Assembly: GCA_017609985.1 (NCBI GenBank)
Contig: JAFCCW010000004.1
Coordinates: forward strand, 1-64,000
DNA length: 64,000 nt
Direction: 5' to 3'
Origin: Candidatus Iainarchaeum sp.
Lineage (GTDB): Archaea > Iainarchaeota > Iainarchaeia > Iainarchaeales > JAFCCW01
A program made the translations under genes and the position numbers. The notes under the pieces are model-generated. The model did not search any database, had not been told where the DNA came from, and saw only the letters and a list, made by a program, of their open reading frames with translations. Below, one piece after another: positions 17,809 to 27,107 of the stretch (its first letter is position 1; every line of letters begins with the position of its first letter).

Positions 17809-18408
17809 TCAGCAAATTGCTTCTACAAGCTCTCCCGCTTCTTTTATCTGTTCTGAGCTGTCTTCAAGAGTTCCAAGATTAACCTTTATTTTTTCAATCT
17901 CAAGGCTTTCAGCCAGGTCTGGATAGTTTTCTTCAAGCAGTTCAATTGACAGATTCAATTCTTCTGATTTTGATACAATCTGCTCTGAAAGTGAAACAAT
18001 TTCTTTAAGCAAGCCTGCTTGTGAACAAATATTTTCTTCACTTAATTCCTGTTCTTCAAGTTCAGTTGTTTTTTCCTCTAGCCCAAGGCTTAATTCAAGC
18101 AATTCAAGCCAGGAAAGATATGTTTCTGAAGCATCTATTGCTGAATCCCGCGCATTGCTTTTTGCATAGCCTGCTAGCTCTTGGTTAAGCTTCTTCATTT
18201 CCTGCTTTGCCTGTTCAATCCTGCTTTTTTCAGGCAGGCTTCCACTGTTCAGCTCTTCAAACTTAATTCCGCTTGATTCAAAAACAGTTGTAATCTTCAA
18301 ATAGGCTTGTTCCTCACTAAGTTCCTGTTTTGGAAAAAGAAAAATAATTGATACAACAAGAACTGCAACAACCACAATTATTGCAATATGCATCTTATTT
18401 AATGCCAT
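17809..18408 (-). CDS. hypothetical membrane-anchored helical protein
   Basis: N-terminal TM; acidic heptad-like body with two Cys. Confidence 0.72.
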   Translation of the reverse strand: MALNKMHIAIIVVVAVLVVSIIFLFPKQELSEEQAYLKITTVFESSGIKFEELNSGSLPEKSRIEQAKQEMKKLNQELAGYAKSNARDSAIDASETYLSWLELLELSLGLEEKTTELEEQELSEENICSQAGLLKEIVSLSEQIVSKSEELNLSIELLEENYPDLAESLEIEKIKVNLGTLEDSSEQIKEAGELVEAIC

Positions 18409-18449
18409 GATTTTAATACGCTACACTGGAATAAAAAGCTTTTCTTAAG

Positions 18450-19136
18450 TTATCTGTAGCTTCTGCGCCTGTCTCCGTCGTCTCTGCGGTTAAATCTTCG
18501 CCCAGTTTGTTCAGGTTTTTCTTCTCTCTCGCCTTCCTGTATCTGGTGCTCGTAATCCTCAACTGTTTCCTTAAAGTCTTCGTTGCTTTTTATTGCTCCT
18601 TTTTCTTTAAGTATTTCTCGTGACAAAAGCCAGAAAACAAGAGCAAGGCTTTTTCTTCCCTTGTTGTTAACTGGAATAATCAAGTCAACATTGCTGATAG
18701 AATTGTTTGTGCTTGCAAGTGCTATAACCGGAATCTTTAACTTTGCTGCTTCTTTTACTGCCTGAAAGTCGGTTTCAGGTTCTGAAATAACAAGAACTTT
18801 TGGTTCAATAAACTTTTTGCCTGAAGGATTTGTGAATGTACCTGGAACAAATCTGCCTGTTAATGCTTTTGCGCCAATTGCTTTTGCAAATTTTTCAACC
18901 GGAGTTTTGCTGTAAAGCTTTCTTGCAACAATTACTATTCCGTCTGATTCATATCCTGACAAGAATTTTGCAACTGTTGTTATTCTTGAATCAATTGTTT
19001 CAACATCCAAAACATTTAACTGGTCTGGTCTTTTTTTGAAAATAAACCTAGCCATGTGTCCATGTTTGAATTTTGTTCCGATATGGGACCCGGTTTTTAA
19101 ATATCGCTCGCTTTCTACCAGCATGTTTTCAACCAT
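18450..19136 (-). CDS. rps2: ribosomal protein S2 (uS2)
   Basis: GSHIGTK, GRFVPGTFTNP, PVNNKGRKSLALVFWLLSRE. Confidence 0.97.
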   Translation of the reverse strand: MVENMLVESERYLKTGSHIGTKFKHGHMARFIFKKRPDQLNVLDVETIDSRITTVAKFLSGYESDGIVIVARKLYSKTPVEKFAKAIGAKALTGRFVPGTFTNPSGKKFIEPKVLVISEPETDFQAVKEAAKLKIPVIALASTNNSISNVDLIIPVNNKGRKSLALVFWLLSREILKEKGAIKSNEDFKETVEDYEHQIQEGEREEKPEQTGRRFNRRDDGDRRRSYR

Positions 19137-19144
19137 TCAATCAC

Positions 19145-19339
19145 CTAAACATTGTATTTCATAAAATCATCAATTAAGTCTGCTTGAGAAAAAATCATTC
19201 TTCTACAGCAATATCTTGTAATCTTAAGATCGTCCAGTACTTTTTCTGCTTTTTCTCCTTTTTTTACTCTTTCCAAAAACTCTTCGTATGCCTGCCCTAT
19301 TGCTTTTCCACAACTGAAACAACGTACTGGAACCATCAT
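19145..19339 (-). CDS. rpoN: RNA polymerase subunit Rpo10 (RpoN)
   Basis: [12 protein letters not shown]...[13 protein letters not shown]. Confidence 0.96.
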   Translation of the reverse strand: MMVPVRCFSCGKAIGQAYEEFLERVKKGEKAEKVLDDLKITRYCCRRMIFSQADLIDDFMKYNV

Positions 19340-19346
19340 CTTTGAA

Positions 19347-19769
19347 TCACCTTTTACTGCTTTGTTTTTTCTTTCTTGCTTTCTTTCCCAACGGCTTTTT
19401 TGGTTCAACTCTTCTTGGATCGTCAACCAGCAAAAGCCTGTCATATTCAATCATTTTTACTTTTAATTTTTCATCTTTTGAAAATGTAACCAGTGCTTTG
19501 GCAATAGCACTTCTTGAAGCAACAGCCTGTCCCATGAATCCACCGCCCTGAACTGTCACATCAATATCAATTCCGCCTGCTACATTTTCTGCAAGCTCAA
19601 TTGGTTCTTGAATCATTCTCTTAACCTGAACAGGAGTAATTGTTGAAATTGAACGATTGTTAATCTTTATTTTTCCGTCTCCAGCGCTTGCTGTAGCTCT
19701 TGCAATGCTTTCTTTTTTCTTTGCTTTAACCTGAATTGTTTTTTTCTTTGTTTTTCTTATTTTTGCCAT
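19347..19769 (-). CDS. rps9: ribosomal protein S9 (uS9)
   Basis: [30 protein letters not shown]. Confidence 0.96.
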   Translation of the reverse strand: MAKIRKTKKKTIQVKAKKKESIARATASAGDGKIKINNRSISTITPVQVKRMIQEPIELAENVAGGIDIDVTVQGGGFMGQAVASRSAIAKALVTFSKDEKLKVKMIEYDRLLLVDDPRRVEPKKPLGKKARKKKQSSKR

Positions 19770-19774
19770 TTTAT

Positions 19775-20191
19775 TCACCTTGCACCAAGAGTTTTGCTTA
19801 CTTCTTCAAGTGTCATAAATCTTTTCTGTTCATGATTTTTTGCCTGTTCTGGTCTTTCAAATTCTTCTATTTTTTCTCCTTCTGGAAGTCCAATAAAAAC
19901 CTTCACAAGAGATAATGCTTCCCGTCCTCTTTTACTATTTGTTGGAAGCATTCCTTTCACAGCATTTCTCAACATCCTGTCAGACATTTTGGAATATTTT
20001 GGGCCCTTCAGTGGGTTTCCTTTTGCAGCTCTGTTCATTCTGGTTCTGTATTTTCCAATTATTCCATTTCTTGTTCCAACAACAACAGCTTTTTCTGCAT
20101 TCACAATAATAACAGTTTCTCCTTCAAGAGCTTTTTTTGCAGTAAGAGACGCAAGTCTGCCCATCACAAGATTTTCAGCATTGATTTTCAT
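19775..20191 (-). CDS. rpl13: ribosomal protein L13 (uL13)
   Basis: GRLAS, VNAEKAVVVG, VKGMLP. Confidence 0.96.
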   Translation of the reverse strand: MKINAENLVMGRLASLTAKKALEGETVIIVNAEKAVVVGTRNGIIGKYRTRMNRAAKGNPLKGPKYSKMSDRMLRNAVKGMLPTNSKRGREALSLVKVFIGLPEGEKIEEFERPEQAKNHEQKRFMTLEEVSKTLGAR

Positions 20192-20547
20192 CCAATAATC
20201 ACCATTTCACTTGGTTTTGTTTCTGATTCAACAAGCTCTTTTAGTGTCATAAACTTTCCTTTTTTTTCAATTTCTTTTTTTGCTCTTTCGCTAAATCCAA
20301 AAGCAGCAATAGTAATTTCGGAAGTAAGCTCTCCCTTTCCAAGAACTTTTCCAGGCACAATAACTGTTTTTCCTTTTAGCTTCTCTGCCATAGTGTCAAG
20401 TTTCCAAAGATTAATTTTTATTTCTCCTCTTCTTCTCTTCTTCAGCCTTTCAGCTAAATCAAGCCATATTTTTTGCTTGGATTGCCTTCCTTTTTTTTCA
20501 AGAACAGCAATTGTATTTCTTGCATAGTTTCCTTTTTCTGAAATCAT
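20188..20547 (-). CDS. rpl18e: ribosomal protein L18e
   Basis: IWLDLAERL, INLWKL, VPGKVLGKG, FSERA. Confidence 0.95.
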   Translation of the reverse strand: MISEKGNYARNTIAVLEKKGRQSKQKIWLDLAERLKKRRRGEIKINLWKLDTMAEKLKGKTVIVPGKVLGKGELTSEITIAAFGFSERAKKEIEKKGKFMTLKELVESETKPSEMVIIG

Positions 20548-20591
20548 TCAAACACCATTTTTCTTTGTTTCTTTTTTTCTTCTTGCTGAAT

Positions 20592-20714
20592 TGCAGGGGG
20601 GGAGATTCGAACTCCCGAAGGCACTAAGCCACAGGATTTCTCAAACCCTTGCAATAAAAACACTAATTCAAGGCATCTTAAGTCCTGCCCGTTTGACCGC
20701 TTCGGTACTCCTGC
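20592..20714 (-). tRNA. tRNA-Leu(TAA) with 39-nt intron at 37/38 (20638-20676)
   Basis: GCAGGAG...CAGGA CT TAA G|intron|A TCCTG; long variable arm; GGGAG TTCGAAT CTCCC; conserved rpoD-tRNA-Leu-L18e position. Confidence 0.93.
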
Positions 20715-20759
20715 GATATAAACAATCTCCCAGTATTGTTTTTTTAAACCACTCGGGGA

Positions 20760-21512
20760 TTAGCTTAACTTTTTCACCTCTTTTTTGAAATCATTTACTT
20801 TTGCTTCAAGTACTTCAATTGAATTCTTAATAATTTCTGCTGTTGAAAGAGAACCAGTTGACTCAATTGACAAAACAAATGAATCTTTCTCTGGCAAAAT
20901 CTCCAAAGCATTCTTTTTGCACACATCTCTGCATTCTCCACAGAGAGTGCATTCAATACTATCTTTTAGAATAATTTTTCCTGATTTTTCTTCAATTAAT
21001 CCTTTTGGACAAGCTTTAATGCATTCCTTGCAAAGATTGCAGTCCTTTGTAGTGGTCAATGCTGCTGTCTGCTTGAATCCAATTATTGCTGACTGCCATT
21101 TAACATGTTCTCTTCCGGTTTCCATTATTGCTGTTGCTTCAAGTTTTATTTTATCTCCTTTCTTAAGTTTAACAATTGGAATTTTTTTGTCACTAACCTC
21201 TATCTTGGGATCAGTACTTTCAAGGTCTCCGCTGTACACTGTTCCAGGCCCTTCTTTTTCAAGCAAGAGCTTCATGCTGTCTCCCTGCTTGTAAGACTTT
21301 GAATCAGTCTTCAGAGGAATCATTGCAAGCCTGTGAGCAACCATTTCATCAAACATTACTGAATCATTGTCGTAGAATGAAACAGTCTCTATTGCAAGAA
21401 CAGGCACAGAGTTCATTGAAATTCTTCTAATTGCATTAATCAAAGCAGGAGTTGTTCCTGTGACAAAAAATCTTTCCGAGTTTCCAATCGGGGCAATTTT
21501 TTTCATGTTCAT
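20760..21512 (-). CDS. rpoD: RNA polymerase subunit Rpo3 (RpoD) with ferredoxin-like Fe-S domain
   Basis: NAIRR, VPVLAI, DEMVAHRLAMIP, HVKWQ; CNLCKECIKACP and CTLCGECRDVC. Confidence 0.96.
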   Translation of the reverse strand: MNMKKIAPIGNSERFFVTGTTPALINAIRRISMNSVPVLAIETVSFYDNDSVMFDEMVAHRLAMIPLKTDSKSYKQGDSMKLLLEKEGPGTVYSGDLESTDPKIEVSDKKIPIVKLKKGDKIKLEATAIMETGREHVKWQSAIIGFKQTAALTTTKDCNLCKECIKACPKGLIEEKSGKIILKDSIECTLCGECRDVCKKNALEILPEKDSFVLSIESTGSLSTAEIIKNSIEVLEAKVNDFKKEVKKLS

Positions 21513-22090
21513 TTTCTTTTCCCCCTGAATCTTTTCTTTTTTCTGCAGCCATCATGTGGCATTGGCGTAACATTTTTAATTGTAATAATTCTTAAACCAT
21601 TCCTTGTTAGGCTTCTGATTGCTGCTTCACTTCCCTGTCCAGGAGAATTACTCTTGTTTCCCCCAGGTCCTCGCACACGCACTTCAACTTCAAAGATTCC
21701 TTTTTCTCTTGCTTCGTTTGCAATATTTTCTGCAATCTTCAAAGCAGCATATGGTGAACCTTCTTTGTGCTGGCTTTTAACAACCTTTCCTCCTGAAGAG
21801 TTTGCGATTGTTTCAGCACCAGTCATGTCAGTAAGTAAAATATTAGTGTTATTGTGTGAAGCAAAAATATGAATAATTCCTCTCTTTCTTTGGGTTCCTG
21901 TTTGAGAAGGAGCTGGTTGACGTTCAGGGGATTTTTCTTCAGGTGCTTTCTCAGCAACAACAGGCTTTTTCTCAACAGCTTCAGGCTTTTTTTCAGCAAC
22001 AGCTTTTTCTGCTATTGACTTGTCTGTTTTTTTGTCTTTCTTTTCAACTGCCTGTTTTGTGACTTTAGTTTTTTCTTTTTCTTCACTCAT
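21509..22090 (-). CDS. rps11: ribosomal protein S11 with ~65-aa N-terminal K/E/P extension
   Basis: HIFASHNNT, TDMTGAET, SPYAA, PGQGSEAAIRSL, VTPMPHDGCR. Confidence 0.96.
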   Translation of the reverse strand: MSEEKEKTKVTKQAVEKKDKKTDKSIAEKAVAEKKPEAVEKKPVVAEKAPEEKSPERQPAPSQTGTQRKRGIIHIFASHNNTNILLTDMTGAETIANSSGGKVVKSQHKEGSPYAALKIAENIANEAREKGIFEVEVRVRGPGGNKSNSPGQGSEAAIRSLTRNGLRIITIKNVTPMPHDGCRKKKRFRGKRK

Positions 22091-22886
22091 TTGCGTCACC
22101 TTTTTTGTCCTCTGTATCTACTTTTTCTTCTTTCTTTTCTTTTTTCTCTTCAGTTTTTTGCACAGGCTTTATTTCTTTTTCTGCTTTTTTTTTCTTGTCT
22201 GTTTCTGGTTTCTCTTTTTCTTCTTTCTTTTCAGAACCAGTTTTTTCCTGCTTGACTTCCTTTTCCTTTTTTTCAACTTCTTTCTCGCTTGTTTCTTTTT
22301 CAACAGTCTTTGCTACTGTTTCTTCTTTTTGTTCTTCGTCAGGAAGAGCTTCTTTGAATTCTTCTTCCCCTGTCTTTTTTGTTTTTACTGGTTCTGGCTG
22401 TTCCAAAACCATTTTATCTTTCCAGTAGTTAATGCTTTTTTCGTCCTCTCGTTTCACGAGCAAACTAGGAGCATCAACTTTTCTTCCGTTAATTGCAATA
22501 TGGCCGTGTGTAATAAACTGTCTTGCCTGTATTGGGGTAAGAGCAAGCCCTTTTCTCCAAACAATTGTCTGAAGTCTTCTTTCCAAAACGCTTTCAACAG
22601 ACAATGACAACACATCATCAAGTTTTGCATCCTTTTCAAGTATTCCCATCGTATACAGGCTTCCCAAAAGTTCTTTTTCTCTTTGAAGTCTGATTTCAAG
22701 TTTAAGAGCAAGCAATTTTCTTGCATTGTTTCTTTTCTTTCTAAGAATTGTTTCAGTTCTCCACAATTCTTTCTTATTTTTCAAGCCATAAAGCTTTTTC
22801 AGCGCCTTCTCTGACTCAAGCCTTGTTTTTTCCCAAGGCTTTTTAGGCCCTTCATAATGTTTTTGAGTCTTTCTCGGATCTCCCAC
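22083..22886 (-). CDS. rps4: ribosomal protein S4 with ~100-aa K/E tail
   Basis: MGDPRK, YGLKNKKELW, LERRLQT, ARQFITHGHI. Confidence 0.97.
   Translation of the reverse strand: MGDPRKTQKHYEGPKKPWEKTRLESEKALKKLYGLKNKKELWRTETILRKKRNNARKLLALKLEIRLQREKELLGSLYTMGILEKDAKLDDVLSLSVESVLERRLQTIVWRKGLALTPIQARQFITHGHIAINGRKVDAPSLLVKREDEKSINYWKDKMVLEQPEPVKTKKTGEEEFKEALPDEEQKEETVAKTVEKETSEKEVEKKEKEVKQEKTGSEKKEEKEKPETDKKKKAEKEIKPVQKTEEKKEKKEEKVDTEDKKGDANE
22173..22337. repeat. copy 1 of tail-module repeat (in rps4)
   Basis: Core 22194-22329 matches 34613-34748 at 135/136 nt. Confidence 0.92.
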
Positions 22887-22898
22887 TATATCTCACCT

Positions 22899-23456
22899 TT
22901 ATTTTTTTGTTTTTCCTGCTTGCTTTGTAGCCTGTTGTGAAGCTGATTGTTCTTTTGCTTTTCCGCCACCGCCGCCTTTTGCATCTCTCTTATGGACACC
23001 AACAACTCTTCCCTTTCCTCTAAAACTGCTTCTGGTTCTCTGTCCTCTTACAGTCAAACCCCAACTGTGTCTTAGACCGCGATAGCTTTTGATTTCATTA
23101 AGTCTTTTAATATTTTGTCTTAATCCAAATTCCAAGTCTCCCATAACCCAGTGCTGGTCTTTTCCGGATTCTCTTTCATTTCTCTGATTAATCATCCATT
23201 CAGGAATTCCGTGCTTTCCAGGGTTTAAAACAATATCTTCCAAAATCTTGTCCTGGTCTTCTGGAACCTTTCCAAGTCTCGCATCTGCTTTAGTACCAGA
23301 CTCTTTTTCAAACTTTGACGCAACAACTCCCGCATATCTGTGGCTTACACCTCTTATTCCGCGCAATGCCTGAATTATTGGCTTGTTACCGTCCAAGTCC
23401 TTTCCTGCAATTCTAACAATATATCTTATTTCTTCTTTTTGTTCTTGTTCCGCCAT
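22899..23456 (-). CDS. rps13: ribosomal protein S13
   Basis: IVRIAGKDLDG, IPEWMIN, SYRGLRH, VRGQRTR. Confidence 0.97.
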   Translation of the reverse strand: MAEQEQKEEIRYIVRIAGKDLDGNKPIIQALRGIRGVSHRYAGVVASKFEKESGTKADARLGKVPEDQDKILEDIVLNPGKHGIPEWMINQRNERESGKDQHWVMGDLEFGLRQNIKRLNEIKSYRGLRHSWGLTVRGQRTRSSFRGKGRVVGVHKRDAKGGGGGKAKEQSASQQATKQAGKTKK

Positions 23457-23460
23457 AAAA

Positions 23461-23685
23461 TCACTTCAGTGCTTCTACAATCTCCTCGTGCTTTGTTCCT
23501 TTTTTAATGTCTATTTTTTCTCCAGTAAAAAACAAGTGTCTCATATTGCACTTTTTCTTTTTCATTCCGTCGCCGTCAATTACTGCAGTCAATGTTTTTT
23601 CATCAATCTCAATAACTACTGCTTTTTGTCCAGCATTTTTTCCAGCAAGTTTGTAACATACTGCTCCAGTTTTTATTCCACTCAT
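23461..23685 (-). CDS. rpl14e: ribosomal protein L14e
   Basis: GAVCYKLAGKNAGQKAVV, KKCNMRHL; synteny. Confidence 0.9.
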   Translation of the reverse strand: MSGIKTGAVCYKLAGKNAGQKAVVIEIDEKTLTAVIDGDGMKKKKCNMRHLFFTGEKIDIKKGTKHEEIVEALK

Positions 23686-24161
23686 TTCAATTCACCTAAA
23701 CTCTTTTTTACCAAAGCAATTGCTCCATCATCTTTTATTTTTTCAAGACTAACCACAAGATCGTATCTGCTCAAATCAAAAACATCAATTCCCTTTGCTT
23801 CAAGCATTGCATTTCCAATATTTTCTTCAAGTTCTTCCAGCATTGAAACTGCTTCCACTTCACTAATATTTTTTGAGATCGCGAGATTCTTTGCTCTGTT
23901 CTTTTCTGAGGAAAGCAAAAACACGCTTAATTCCGGTTTAACTATTGCTGGAGCAATAATTCCTTCCACTAATTTTCCTTTTTGAATTTTTTCTTTAATA
24001 ATTTCCTCCATTTTCTCAGCGGATTCCTTGTCTGAAACAATCACGTTGCTTTCTTTTCCAAGTTCTTCCTCTGAAACAAAGTTTAATCCAAGTTCTAGTG
24101 AAAGAGCTTTTCCAAGCTTTTTTGTATGAGTTCCAGGATAACCGCTAAGAGTAATAATCAT
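23682..24161 (-). CDS. cmk: cytidylate kinase-like protein with degenerate P-loop
   Basis: MIITLSGYPG..., LVEG, GIDVFDLSRYDLVV; occupies the cmk position between L34e and L14e; Walker A GKT missing. Confidence 0.75.
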   Translation of the reverse strand: MIITLSGYPGTHTKKLGKALSLELGLNFVSEEELGKESNVIVSDKESAEKMEEIIKEKIQKGKLVEGIIAPAIVKPELSVFLLSSEKNRAKNLAISKNISEVEAVSMLEELEENIGNAMLEAKGIDVFDLSRYDLVVSLEKIKDDGAIALVKKSLGELK

Positions 24162-24493
24162 TTCTTTTCACCCTTAACCATGTATTTTCTAATCTTAATG
24201 CTCACGTCTTCAACACTTTTTGCTTTTGAAACAACTTTTGCTGTTTCCTCTGCAAGATTTCTTCTGCATTCTCCGCACAGCACTCCGCCATGCTTTGCAG
24301 TAGGCCTCTTTTCTGATTTTGAAAGCTTCAAAATATCACTTTTTGGCTTGTGGTTAGGTACTCCGTGAAGTGGCTTTCCACACAGTCCGCACGATTGCTT
24401 TCCAGGTGTTCCTCTTTCAAAGACTCTTTTACTTTTTCCCTTAGTAGTCTTCCTGAACTTTTTCTTTTTTGTTCTGTCGCCTGGTTTAACCAT
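24158..24493 (-). CDS. rpl34e: ribosomal protein L34e
   Basis: CGLCGKPLHGVP, KSEKRP, GGVLCGEC. Confidence 0.95.
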   Translation of the reverse strand: MVKPGDRTKKKKFRKTTKGKSKRVFERGTPGKQSCGLCGKPLHGVPNHKPKSDILKLSKSEKRPTAKHGGVLCGECRRNLAEETAKVVSKAKSVEDVSIKIRKYMVKGEKK

Positions 24494-24986
24494 TCTGAAC
24501 ACCTTTTGCTTTTTCAAATATCTTTAAACCAATGCCCACGAGAATATTCATTGTAAGATAACTCACAAAATACCATCCAAACCAACTGGTTTCACTATAA
24601 AATGTAAATGCAAAGAATCCTTGTTCTGCAAACCAAGGCAATGCAACAGGCAAGGCAAATGGTTCAAATTGAGTATAAAACATTCCCAGCAAATAAAATG
24701 CTATGAGAAACACTGGCAATGAAATCATCATATATCTCATGCTTGTCTGCATACTCTTCTGCATTGTCTCCATCATTTCCTTGTTTATCTGTTCAATCTC
24801 CTGCTTGCTTTTTTCATCATCCTTACCCATAAGTTCTTTAACACGATTTTGCTGTGTCTTCATTGTTTCTCTATCTTGCTTCATCTGAGCCTTGTTCATA
24901 AATTTTGACTGCATTACTTTGGAAACAATTACTAATACGGCAGATATCATAACGATATCAATGCTTGGTGAAATAAACGGAATCAT
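24486..24986 (-). CDS. DUF106 / EMC3-TMCO1 family (Oxa1 superfamily) insertase
   Basis: TM, coiled coil, Met-rich TM, WFGWYF motif; downstream of secY. Confidence 0.88.
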   Translation of the reverse strand: MIPFISPSIDIVMISAVLVIVSKVMQSKFMNKAQMKQDRETMKTQQNRVKELMGKDDEKSKQEIEQINKEMMETMQKSMQTSMRYMMISLPVFLIAFYLLGMFYTQFEPFALPVALPWFAEQGFFAFTFYSETSWFGWYFVSYLTMNILVGIGLKIFEKAKGVQNG

Positions 24987-25098
24987 CTTTATCCCTCTAA
25001 AACCATTTCCAAAAAGTTGGAGCCCAAAAAGCAGGTTTTGTGGCTATAACTATTATTTCCGCATGGAATACTATATAAATGCTTTGTTGTCATCTCAT

Positions 25099-26508
25099 TC
25101 ACCCTAACAGTTTTCCCAGCATTGGATGCATTTCTGCTAACTGGCTCCTTGCAAGTTCTTCATAAAGTCTGTAAACTATTCCAACTGTAAGCAAAATTCC
25201 CATTCCACTCACTAGTGTTCCAAGAGACATGTCTCCCAAGCCAGCTAAAAGTCCAACAAAAACTGAACCCAAAATTGTTATTGTCGGAATATATCTGTCA
25301 AGAATTCCCTTAATTATTCTCTTGTCTCGTCTGAATCCAGGAATATACATTCCGCTACTCTGCAACTGCTCTGAAATTGCTTCCGGACCCTGTCCACCCA
25401 TTTGAACCCAGAATTTTCCAAACACAATACATGCTGAAATAAGTATTGCTAAATAAACAAGTGCGTGTCCAAGAGCAGGAGCCATAATCATTAAACCATT
25501 AATTGGTCCTTCAGCAATAACCCTTAGTACAAGATCCTGAATTAAATTATAAGGAGATGTAGTGGCCCAGGCAAGGAATCCAAGAATTCCCCCAGTATCT
25601 GGTGCTGCTGGAAGAAACTCTAGTCCGTTTCCAATTATTGGAATTCCTGCAGTCATCATGCTCCAAATTCTCACGTTTGCAAAAAGTGCTGCTGCAAGAA
25701 TAACCGGCATGTTAGAAACGTAAAGCAGTTTAACTGGAAATCTGCCCCCAGTTCCGCGTCTTCCCATAGTAATTGGAATATTTACATGCATTCCCTCTGC
25801 GAAAACAATTATTATAAAAATTGCCAAAGCAATAATTACTGGAATAAGTGAAATAAAGTCAGCGCTTCCTGAAGCAATGCTCGAGATAAATCTTGAAATA
25901 ATTCCTCCCTGAATTCCAGCAAGAGCTCCAACTGGCGGGGCAAAAACCTGCCAAAAGAATGCTCCTGAAACTCCGCCTGCAATAAACAATCCTACTCCTG
26001 AGCCAATCCCGTGCTTTGAAACAAGTTCATCTAAATAAAGCAGTATAAGCGAACCAAGAGCAACCTGTAGCACTATCACGAGAAGCATTCCCTCCATTGG
26101 CTGAAGAAGACCTGATGCAGTGTAAACAAATGCTTCAAAAAAGCAAAGCACTATTGCGAAAAGCTTTTGAAGCCCCTGAAATCTTGCCTTGTCTTTTGGA
26201 TTTGACAAATCAATGTCAAGAATTTTTCCACCGACAAGAAGCTGCAAAATGATTGATGCAAGAACAATTGGGCCAATTCCAGCACTAATTAAGGAACCTG
26301 TATTGCTTGCAAGAATAGTCTGCATTTGAGCAAGAACAGCTCCTCTCTCTGCTGAAAGACCTATTAGTTCAATGTTTCCCATTATGAAAAACAACAACAG
26401 TGCAAGAGAACTCCATACTAATTTTTTCTTGATGCTTGGCTCTGTTTCAGGCGCCTTTATTTCTGGCAACACACTGTAAACAGGTTCCAAAATATCAAGA
26501 ATTCCCAT
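25099..26508 (-). CDS. secY: preprotein translocase SecY
   Basis: GIGPIVLASIILQLL, GIGSGVGLFIA, PVKLLYVSNMPVIL, IPGFRRD. Confidence 0.98.
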   Translation of the reverse strand: MGILDILEPVYSVLPEIKAPETEPSIKKKLVWSSLALLLFFIMGNIELIGLSAERGAVLAQMQTILASNTGSLISAGIGPIVLASIILQLLVGGKILDIDLSNPKDKARFQGLQKLFAIVLCFFEAFVYTASGLLQPMEGMLLVIVLQVALGSLILLYLDELVSKHGIGSGVGLFIAGGVSGAFFWQVFAPPVGALAGIQGGIISRFISSIASGSADFISLIPVIIALAIFIIIVFAEGMHVNIPITMGRRGTGGRFPVKLLYVSNMPVILAAALFANVRIWSMMTAGIPIIGNGLEFLPAAPDTGGILGFLAWATTSPYNLIQDLVLRVIAEGPINGLMIMAPALGHALVYLAILISACIVFGKFWVQMGGQGPEAISEQLQSSGMYIPGFRRDKRIIKGILDRYIPTITILGSVFVGLLAGLGDMSLGTLVSGMGILLTVGIVYRLYEELARSQLAEMHPMLGKLLG

Positions 26509-26519
26509 GCTCTAACACC

Positions 26520-27098
26520 TTAAGCTTTCTTTTCCTCTTTGCCTTTGTTATCTTTACTATCTTTACTTTCAGTTTTACTTTCTTTAACTGCCTTTGCAGG
26601 CTCTTCTTTTTCTTCAATTGCTTGTTCTTCATTGATTTCAGCAGAAGTTTCTTCTTCAAACTCTTCCAGTTCTTCTTCTGCTTCTTCTCCTGCGTCTCCA
26701 CCAGCTTCCAAAATCTTTTCAATAGCAGACTTGCTTGCTTTAATGTTAACAAGTTTTACAGGCACTGTGATTTTTCCTTTTCCAAGAATCTTATCAATGT
26801 CTGTTTTTATTCCATCAAAGACATACATTTTTCCATGCTTTTCAATTTCTTTGGATTTTTCAAGCTTTTCAATAATCGAAGAAATATCTTCAACATTAAT
26901 AGTTTTTTCAGTATTCTTTGGCTTCAATGCTGGTTCTTTTCCAAAGCTATCATAGTACTTGCTGTACTTGTGCTTGTGTGATCCAGCTCTTCCTCTTCCG
27001 CCTCGGCAACCTGCTCCGCGTTTATTCTTTGTATCACCTTTTCCATGCGATCTATTTCCACGAAGCTTGTTTTTCTTTCTAATCCTTCTTGTTACCAT
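26520..27098 (-). CDS. rpl15: ribosomal protein L15 with acidic/K tail
   Basis: RGNRSHGKG, RGAGCRGGRGRAG, KILGKG, SKSAIEKILEAGG. Confidence 0.96.
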   Translation of the reverse strand: MVTRRIRKKNKLRGNRSHGKGDTKNKRGAGCRGGRGRAGSHKHKYSKYYDSFGKEPALKPKNTEKTINVEDISSIIEKLEKSKEIEKHGKMYVFDGIKTDIDKILGKGKITVPVKLVNIKASKSAIEKILEAGGDAGEEAEEELEEFEEETSAEINEEQAIEEKEEPAKAVKESKTESKDSKDNKGKEEKKA

Positions 27099-27107
27099 AA
27101 AACTCAC

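Noticed and set aside
19137-19144. Absence of rpoK and eno between rpoN and rps2 (and of DUF359 after spt4)
   Set aside because: Operon erosion is common and the genes may lie elsewhere; cannot be judged from one window
19340-19450. N-terminal extension of RpoN in the ORF track
   Set aside because: Overlaps rps9 in another frame; the MMVPVRC start at 19339 has an upstream GGTGA SD
22173-22337. Tail module as a MITE or IS
   Set aside because: No terminal inverted repeats or target-site duplication visible; kept as a duplication finding only
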